Shown in pieces: positions 7,995-13,750 of a stretch of DNA of 13,750 nucleotides. Position numbers and translations under genes: made by a program. Under the pieces are notes generated by a model, which was not told the origin of the DNA, searched no databases, and saw only the letters and a list, made by a program, of their open reading frames with translations. The first letter of the stretch is position 1. Every line of letters starts with the position of its first letter. Source of the stretch: Armatimonadota bacterium (GTDB lineage: Bacteria; Vulcanimicrobiota; JACPDS01; JBDRKI01); NCBI GenBank assembly GCA_043814095.1, contig JBDRKI010000083.1, positions 1 through 13,750 on the forward strand, written 5' to 3'.

Positions 7995-8522
7995 TTAATT
8001 ATTCATCTCCAGATACATTTCCATATTCTGCCTTATTATCTCAGCTGCTTTTCCTGCGTTCTGGAATGATTCTACGGATGTTGTTTTATTCTCAAGCGCT
8101 TTATAATCCTCGAAGAATCTTTTTATCTCTTTTAATTTATGTTCCGGCAGTTCGCTTATATCATTGTAATGGGCGTATTCCGGATCGTTTAAATGTATGG
8201 CTATTATCTTGTCATCGGCTTTTCCGCTGTCTATCATTCTCATGCATCCTATGGCTTTTGCCGTTACTATGGTAAGGGGATGCACCGGTTCCTGTCCAAG
8301 CACGAGGACATCAAGAGGATCTCCGTCATCGCAGTAGGTCTGGGGTATGAAGCCGTAGTTTGCCGGATAATGAACGGATGAATACAGTACCCTGTCAACG
8401 CGCAGAAGCCCTGATTCTTTATCAAGCTCGTATTTGTTTTTTGATCCCTTGGGTATCTCAATTACCGCGTTAAATATTTCGGGCGCTTCTTTTCCTATGT
8501 TTACGTCATGCCATGGGTTCAT
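7995..8522 (-). CDS. ppa: Family I soluble inorganic pyrophosphatase
   Basis: Motifs [45 protein letters not shown] and FFEDYK. Start placed at ATG 8522 (MNPWHD), after the RBS GAGGTGA. Confidence 0.97.
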   Translation of the reverse strand: MNPWHDVNIGKEAPEIFNAVIEIPKGSKNKYELDKESGLLRVDRVLYSSVHYPANYGFIPQTYCDDGDPLDVLVLGQEPVHPLTIVTAKAIGCMRMIDSGKADDKIIAIHLNDPEYAHYNDISELPEHKLKEIKRFFEDYKALENKTTSVESFQNAGKAAEIIRQNMEMYLEMNN

Positions 8523-8534
8523 ATAAATCACCTC

Positions 8535-9395
8535 TTAAGAACTTATTTCTATCTGTTTCAGCCAGTAATGGGTTTTTGCTCCGGGATCAAGCGTGATTTT
8601 AACCGTATTCTGTCCCTTTTTTAAGGATTTTCCTATACGGAACTGACTTATAATATACTTGCCAGAGTCTGTATCCCAGCCGGAAATAATTTTTTTGCCG
8701 TTTACGTAAATTGATATGGGTGAGAAGCCTTTATCCGGACCGTTCATGGAAGTAAGATGCTGTATGTATAAATAGGTATAGGCCGGAGGATTTTTTTCTA
8801 AATTAAACGTGAAGTTTACATAACTTTTTCCGGGAGAGATCATTCTTAGGTGGTATGAAGTATCATATGCTTTACTGAAATCGCATTCCTGAGTAGATGT
8901 TTTTACTGAAGTTGAATATGCCTCTGCTTCCGAGAATTTTACCGTTAATAGAAGTTCTGTATCGGAATGTACGGAACTCTGTCCTGTTTTTGAATATGCG
9001 TATTCCATATCTTTAATGAATTTATCGGCGGATTTAAAGCCCGATACTCTGTGTATTACATTGCCGTTTGAATCAAGGAATAAAATACACGGAAACCCAG
9101 TTACATTATATCTTTCTACTATTGAAGGGTATCTGTCGGCATCTACTTTTACGCATATAAAATTTTTTGACAGTTCAATCACCTTGTAATTTGTAAAAGT
9201 ATCACTGTCAAGTTTCTTGCACCACCCGCACCATTCTGCGGTAAAATCCACCATAACCGGCTTACCGGATGTTTTAGCCGCTTTTAAGCCGTCATCAAAG
9301 GAGTAATGCCATTTGATGCTGTCAGCCCGGCTTATGCCGGTAAATACGAACACAAAAGCGAGCAGTATTAACAGAATCTTTAAATAATTTTTCAT
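8535..9395 (-). CDS. Exported thioredoxin-fold protein (WCGWC) with a C-terminal beta-sandwich-like domain
   Basis: Signal peptide ending ISRA-D; KPVMVDFTAEWCGWCKKL; cis-Pro loop GFPC; an extra beta-rich C-terminal region of about 140 aa. Start placed at ATG 9395 (MKNYLK), after AAGGAGGG. Confidence 0.88.
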   Translation of the reverse strand: MKNYLKILLILLAFVFVFTGISRADSIKWHYSFDDGLKAAKTSGKPVMVDFTAEWCGWCKKLDSDTFTNYKVIELSKNFICVKVDADRYPSIVERYNVTGFPCILFLDSNGNVIHRVSGFKSADKFIKDMEYAYSKTGQSSVHSDTELLLTVKFSEAEAYSTSVKTSTQECDFSKAYDTSYHLRMISPGKSYVNFTFNLEKNPPAYTYLYIQHLTSMNGPDKGFSPISIYVNGKKIISGWDTDSGKYIISQFRIGKSLKKGQNTVKITLDPGAKTHYWLKQIEISS

Positions 9396-9486
9396 AAAAC
9401 ATCCCTCCTTTAAGATATACTTTTTCAATATCATATAATTTATTCCTTTAGCTTAAATAATGCATCTCAAATACAGTAAATAACGT

Positions 9487-9516
9487 TTGACAATAATATA
9501 ATTAATATAGTAATAT
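9487..9516 (+). promoter_or_regulatory. Putative sigma70 promoter for the NHL-ahcY-metK unit
   Basis: TTGACA (9487-9492), 18-bp spacer, TAATAT (9511-9516), in an AT-rich divergent intergenic region. Confidence 0.55.
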
Positions 9517-9533
9517 TATCTTTCAAGATAATA
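9514..9533. promoter_or_regulatory. Perfect 9-2-9 inverted repeat, candidate operator
   Basis: TATTATCTT-TC-AAGATAATA overlaps the predicted -10 element and transcription start. The palindrome is observed; the operator function is inferred. Confidence 0.45.
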
Positions 9534-9550
9534 ATATCAGGAGTAATTTT

Positions 9551-10828
9551 ATGACTGATAAAGTTTCACAATTTACCGAGGGAAACCTGGATAAAATCAA
9601 AAAATATTTTACAGTCTTTTTCGCATTCATCGTTATACTAATATTCCTCTATTTTGTATATATAACAGGCAGTGATAATATATCCTTAGTTAAATCTTCC
9701 GGTTCTGTCGGTGTTAACGCGGGAGAATTTAATTTTCCGTGCGGGGTGGCGGAAGATTCAGAAGGTAATATTTATGTTGCCGACACCAATAATCACAGAA
9801 TACAGAAATTTGATAAAAACTTTAAATTTATAACTTCCTGGGGGGAGAGAGGGTCAACTTCCGGCAAATTCTTTTATCCGGTGAGAGTAAAAGTAAATCT
9901 TCTGGGAGAAGTTGTTGTTACCGACAATAAAAATAACCGGATACAGATATTTAAGTCCAACGGTGAATTTATAAAAGAGTTCGGTACATCAGGCATAGAA
10001 TACGGCCAGCTTCACCAGCCTACGGGGCTTGCTTTTGACGCGGGTAGCAATACTTATGTTGCCGACACTTTCAATCACAGGATACAGAAATTTACCCGTG
10101 ACGGCAAGCTTGTTATGGCGCTCGGAAGCCTCGGCAAAGGTCCCGGCCAGATGGATACACCCTGGGGCATAGATCTTGATAAAAACGGCAATATTTATGT
10201 TGCCGACACATATAATCACAGAATACAGAAGTTTAACCGTGACGGCACCTTTATCTTTACTTTCGGTCATAAGGGGAGCAAAAAAGGACAGCTTCTTTAT
10301 CCGGTGGATCTTTCCGTGGATAAAGACGGCTGTATTTATGTTCTGGATATGGGCAATAACCGCGTATGTAAGTTTGCCCCTGACGGCAAATTTATAAATT
10401 CCTGGGGCAAAGAAGGCGATAAATCAGACGAGTTCATACAGCCTTACGGCATGTTATTAGATAAAGAGTACCTATTTATAGCTGACAGCCAGAATAATAG
10501 AATTAAGAAATATAAATGTAAAAAAGGATTTTTAAATATAAAGACATCCGAGCGGGCCGAAGAGAATTTAGAAGGGCCTGTGCGGGCTCCAATACCCTCA
10601 GGGACGGATGAAGAAACTCCTTTTACGGCACCTACATTATATGTGCCTGAGAAGATGCCTGAAGCATTGACGCCCGAAGCCAAAGAGACTATAATACCAG
10701 AAAAAGAAAGCAAGATAGAGGAAATACCGGAGATACCGGAGTATATTGAGAGAGATAAACCCGTTACAGGAAAGACCAAAAAACCTGATTCTTCAGAGAC
10801 AGAACTGCAGGAACAGGAAACATTTTAA
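9551..10828 (+). CDS. Membrane-anchored NHL-repeat six-bladed beta-propeller protein with a Pro/Glu-rich C-terminal tail
   Basis: TM helix near aa 20-39; six repeats of about 47 aa (e.g. FNFPCGVA...IYVADTNNHRIQKF, MDTPWGID...IYVADTYNHRIQKF); low-complexity acidic tail of about 100 aa; RBS AGGAG. Confidence 0.92.
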   Translation: MTDKVSQFTEGNLDKIKKYFTVFFAFIVILIFLYFVYITGSDNISLVKSSGSVGVNAGEFNFPCGVAEDSEGNIYVADTNNHRIQKFDKNFKFITSWGERGSTSGKFFYPVRVKVNLLGEVVVTDNKNNRIQIFKSNGEFIKEFGTSGIEYGQLHQPTGLAFDAGSNTYVADTFNHRIQKFTRDGKLVMALGSLGKGPGQMDTPWGIDLDKNGNIYVADTYNHRIQKFNRDGTFIFTFGHKGSKKGQLLYPVDLSVDKDGCIYVLDMGNNRVCKFAPDGKFINSWGKEGDKSDEFIQPYGMLLDKEYLFIADSQNNRIKKYKCKKGFLNIKTSERAEENLEGPVRAPIPSGTDEETPFTAPTLYVPEKMPEALTPEAKETIIPEKESKIEEIPEIPEYIERDKPVTGKTKKPDSSETELQEQETF

Positions 10829-10840
10829 AAGGGAGGAAAA

Positions 10841-12133
10841 ATGACAACCATGACTTTAACGAAAAAACAGTCAAAGCTTCGCCAGTATGACGTAAAGGAT
10901 ATGGGGCTGGCTCCAGAGGGCAAATTAAGAATAGAATGGGCCGAAGAACAGATGCCCGTTCTCAGACTAATAAGAAATGAATTCAAGAAAACCAAACCTC
11001 TTAAAAATATAAAGATTGCAGCGTGTCTTCACGTGACAACCGAAACGGCGAATCTTATGAGAACGCTTAAAGCAGGGGGAGCTCAGGTAGCACTCTGCGC
11101 TTCAAATCCTTTAAGTACGCAGGATGATGTTGCGGCGGCTCTGGTAAAATATGAAGGTATGCAGGTTTACGCCATAAAAGGCGTGGATTCAAAGAAGTAT
11201 TATGAACATATTAATTCCAGTCTTGATATAAAGCCGAATATAACCATGGATGACGGCGCTGATCTTGTAACCGTACTTCACACAAAAAGAAAAGACTTGC
11301 TGAAAAATATCATAGGCGGCACAGAAGAAACAACAACAGGTGTCATAAGATTAAAGAGCATGGCAAATGACGGCAAGTTAATGTACCCCATCATAGCCGT
11401 CAATGACGCAAAAACAAAGCATTTCTTTGATAACAGATACGGTACGGGCCAGAGCACGATAGACGGCATACTCCGCGCCACAAACGTGCTTCTTGCGGGC
11501 AAAAATTTTGTGATCGCCGGCTACGGCTGGTGCGGGCGCGGGCTTGCGATGAGAGCGTCCGGCATGGGCGCTAAAGTTATTATCACAGAAGTAGATCCTT
11601 TAAAGGCCTTAGAAGCAGTAATGGACGGCTACCGGGTTATGGATATGAAACAGGCCGCCTCTATAGGAGATATTTTTGTAACCGTTACCGGCAATCTAAG
11701 CGTTATAAGGAAAGAACACTTTAAAGTAATGAAAGACGGGGCTATAGTCGCGAACTCAGGCCACTTCAACGTGGAGCTTGATCTGGAAAATTTAGCAAAG
11801 GCCTCCGGCAAAAGAAGGAAGGTAAAAGAGTTTGTTGAAGAATTCACCCTTGATAACAAGAGAGTGTATGTGCTTGGAGAAGGCAGATTGATAAACTTAG
11901 CTTCAGCAGAAGGCCATCCCGCTCAGGTTATGGATATGAGTTTCGCCAACCAGTCTTTAAGCGCCGAGTTTCTGGTAAATTCCGCCAAACAGCTTGAAAA
12001 AAGAGTTTATACCGTGCCTGAAGCCATAGATAACGAGATTGCCAAACTTAAACTCCATTCAATGGGTGTAAGTTTGGAAAAACTGACTCCCGAGCAGAAG
12101 AAATATTTAGAATCATGGCAGATGGGAACATAA
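10841..12133 (+). CDS. ahcY: Adenosylhomocysteinase (SAH hydrolase), short type
   Basis: Motifs [53 protein letters not shown] and [31 protein letters not shown]. Confidence 0.98.
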   Translation: MTTMTLTKKQSKLRQYDVKDMGLAPEGKLRIEWAEEQMPVLRLIRNEFKKTKPLKNIKIAACLHVTTETANLMRTLKAGGAQVALCASNPLSTQDDVAAALVKYEGMQVYAIKGVDSKKYYEHINSSLDIKPNITMDDGADLVTVLHTKRKDLLKNIIGGTEETTTGVIRLKSMANDGKLMYPIIAVNDAKTKHFFDNRYGTGQSTIDGILRATNVLLAGKNFVIAGYGWCGRGLAMRASGMGAKVIITEVDPLKALEAVMDGYRVMDMKQAASIGDIFVTVTGNLSVIRKEHFKVMKDGAIVANSGHFNVELDLENLAKASGKRRKVKEFVEEFTLDNKRVYVLGEGRLINLASAEGHPAQVMDMSFANQSLSAEFLVNSAKQLEKRVYTVPEAIDNEIAKLKLHSMGVSLEKLTPEQKKYLESWQMGT

Positions 12134-12150
12134 AAATTAAAAATAAATTT

Positions 12151-12194
12151 GCCTGTAAAGGCACCGCCCGTAAAGGCACCGCCTGTAAAGGCAC
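12151..12194 (+). repeat. Tandem repeat of a 15-bp unit, GCC(T/C)GTAAAGGCACC, in about three copies, each containing a GNRA-capped mini-hairpin
   Basis: Units at 12151-12165, 12166-12180 (one T>C change) and 12181-12194 (one base short). GCCT-GTAA-AGGC is self-complementary around a GTAA loop. Confidence 0.95.
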
Positions 12195-12214
12195 AAGATT
12201 TAAGGAGGAGAAAG

Positions 12215-13459
12215 ATGACAGAAAAATATTCAAAGGACAGATATTTTTTCACTTCAGAATCAGTAACAGAAGGTCATCCGGATAAGATGGCCGACCAGAT
12301 TTCCGATGCGGTGCTGGATGCGATTCTGGCAAAAGATCCGCGCGGCAGAGTAGCATGTGAAACCTTTATTACAAACGGCGTGGCCGTTATAGCAGGTGAA
12401 ATTACCACCAGCTGTTATGTTGATATCCCGATTATTGCCAGAGAAACAATAAAGGATATCGGCTATACTGATTCAAGATACGGTTTTCACTGGGAAACAA
12501 GCGGGGTAATGGTTGCAATTAAAGAACAGTCAACCGACATTGCAATGGGTGTTGACTGTTTTAAGGTAAAGCCTTCAGGCGAGATCGTAGACGAAGATCT
12601 TGAACACCTCGGTGCCGGAGATCAGGGATTAATGTTCGGTTATGCGTGCACGGAAACCGAAGAATTAATGCCTCTCCCGATAGTTCTCGCGCACAGGCTG
12701 ACCAAGAAGCTTGCTGAAGTAAGAAAACAGGATATACTCCCTTATCTCCGTCCGGACGGCAAATCCCAGGTAACTATAGAATATGAAGGAAACAAGCCCG
12801 TAAGGATAGATTCAGTCCTTATTTCAACACAGCACAGTCCCAAAGTAAGTGTTGAGCAGTTAAAGCCCGAGATAATAGAGCATGTTATAAAGAAAGTCAT
12901 CCCCATGGAACTGGTAGATGACAAGATAAAATATTATGTAAACCCCACAGGCAGATTTGTGCTTGGCGGCCCTCACGGTGATACAGGTTTAACCGGAAGA
13001 AAGATTATAGTTGATACCTACGGCGGCAGAGCAAGACACGGCGGCGGAGCGTTCTCCGGCAAAGATCCCACAAAAGTTGACAGATCAGGCGCCTATGCCG
13101 CAAGATGGGTTGCAAAGAACATAGTAGCAGCCGGCCTGGCTGATATATGTGAAATAGAGATAGCTTACGCGATAGGCGTGAGCGAACCTACTTCAATAAC
13201 AGTCCATACATTCGGTACGGAGAAAATTTCAAGAGACCAGATTGTTAAGCTGGTAAGAGAGCATTTTGACTTAAGACCGGGCGCGATTATAAAGAATCTT
13301 AACCTTAGACGTCCGATCTACAAGCAAATTGCAGCTTACGGCCATTTCGGAAGACCGGACCTTAATCTTCCCTGGGAAGATACAACACCGGCTGCGGCGC
13401 TCAGAAAGGCGGCAGGCCTGGGGGAGCTTAAAAAAAGCAGCGTGATGGTTAAAGTCTAG
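12215..13459 (+). CDS. metK: S-adenosylmethionine synthetase
   Basis: Motifs [64 protein letters not shown] and AAYGHFGR. Start placed at ATG 12215, after AAGGAGG (12202-12208); the ORF track extends through the repeat to TTG 12149. Confidence 0.98.
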   Translation: MTEKYSKDRYFFTSESVTEGHPDKMADQISDAVLDAILAKDPRGRVACETFITNGVAVIAGEITTSCYVDIPIIARETIKDIGYTDSRYGFHWETSGVMVAIKEQSTDIAMGVDCFKVKPSGEIVDEDLEHLGAGDQGLMFGYACTETEELMPLPIVLAHRLTKKLAEVRKQDILPYLRPDGKSQVTIEYEGNKPVRIDSVLISTQHSPKVSVEQLKPEIIEHVIKKVIPMELVDDKIKYYVNPTGRFVLGGPHGDTGLTGRKIIVDTYGGRARHGGGAFSGKDPTKVDRSGAYAARWVAKNIVAAGLADICEIEIAYAIGVSEPTSITVHTFGTEKISRDQIVKLVREHFDLRPGAIIKNLNLRRPIYKQIAAYGHFGRPDLNLPWEDTTPAAALRKAAGLGELKKSSVMVKV

Positions 13460-13481
13460 ATCACGTTGACATAAAGCAAAT

Positions 13482-13518
13482 AAAACCGCTTTGGTAGATA
13501 CCGGGGCGGTTTTTGTTA
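13482..13518 (+). terminator. Rho-independent terminator after metK
   Basis: Stem CCGCTTTGGT (13486-13495), loop AGAT, ACCGGGGCGG (13500-13509), then TTTTTGTTA. Its three U:G wobbles pair only in the + strand RNA. Confidence 0.88.
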
Positions 13519-13750
13519 GTGCGCCCGACATGGGTGTTGTCTATAGAGTGAAAGTCTCGAACTGCGAAGATAGCATTAGCAGTTAGCTTAACGCAAGGGT
13601 GTCCATCGCAAGGTGGAATCTGAAGGAAGCGGGCGGCAAATCTCCGGTCTGAGGAACACGAACCGCAAGTGAGGCACGGGCAGTTGGACGAGTTTGCTAA
13701 ACAAAACAAAGTCCTTGCTATCGAAGGCTGTCCGGAGTAAATGCGGCAGA
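13519..13750 (+). mobile_element. 5' part (domain I) of a group IIC intron, truncated by the window end
   Basis: Starts GTGCGCCCGACATGGGTG (GUGYG 5' splice consensus) directly after a terminator, the known IIC target. Contains the IIC domain I blocks TAACGCAAGGGTGTCC, TGGAATCTGAAGGAAGCGG and GGTCTGAGGAACACGAAC, plus the EBS1 hairpin GAGTTTG-CTAAACAAAA-CAAAGTC. From recall this closely resembles the Oceanobacillus iheyensis IIC intron. Confidence 0.93.

Noticed and set aside
9772..10247. Diversity-generating retroelement template/variable repeat pair within the NHL gene
   Set aside because: All copies are coding, in frame and at the 141-bp blade period. Mismatches are not confined to adenines of one copy, and the nearby retroelement is a group IIC intron.
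12149..12214. N-terminal extension of MetK ([15 protein letters not shown]...) from TTG 12149
   Set aside because: It results from the 15-bp repeat being in frame. There is no RBS before the TTG, whereas ATG 12215 has AAGGAGG and gives a normal MetK N-terminus.
10829..12214. Known SAH or SAM riboswitch before ahcY or metK
   Set aside because: Only 12 nt precede ahcY, and the metK spacer lacks the SAM-I, SAM-II and SAM-III consensus elements as far as I can recognise them by eye.
2337..13531. Short ORFs on the opposite strand or in alternative frames of the main genes (e.g. 2337-2675, 3549-3791, 5645-5935, 8066-8275, 10444-10779, 12007-12252, 13271-13531)
   Set aside because: They overlap well-supported genes and show no recognisable motifs, so they are treated as shadow ORFs.
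13461..13709. 82-aa minus-strand ORF
   Set aside because: It is antisense to the terminator and intron domain I and has no recognisable protein features.

Overview
Bacterial chromosomal window, AT-rich, made mostly of housekeeping and cell-envelope genes and bracketed by two mobile elements that the window edges cut off. At the left is the end of an insertion sequence (1-139): two 21-bp direct repeats and a terminus reading ...TTGACA, in the style of ISNCY/IS1202 or IS481. A near-consensus sigma70 promoter then precedes tRNA-Ala(CGC) and a tightly packed + strand run: small membrane protein, surE, SpoIID/LytB protein with a large internal insertion, YdcF/DUF218 protein, queA, orphan PilC/GspF, gmk, and an orphan family-5 ABC substrate-binding protein. 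Two minus-strand genes converge on that run: an exported thioredoxin fused to a beta-sandwich domain, then ppa. Across a divergent intergenic region with a perfect 9-2-9 palindrome lies a + strand unit: membrane-anchored NHL beta-propeller protein, ahcY, three tandem 15-bp GNRA-hairpin repeats, metK and an intrinsic terminator. The 5' end of a group IIC intron sits 9 nt after the terminator stem and runs off the window. I see no complete novel system. The least-explained signals are the hairpin triplet before metK, the palindrome and NHL gene heading the SAM-cycle genes, the SpoIID insertion and the thioredoxin fusion. All family calls come from motif recognition; no searches were run.
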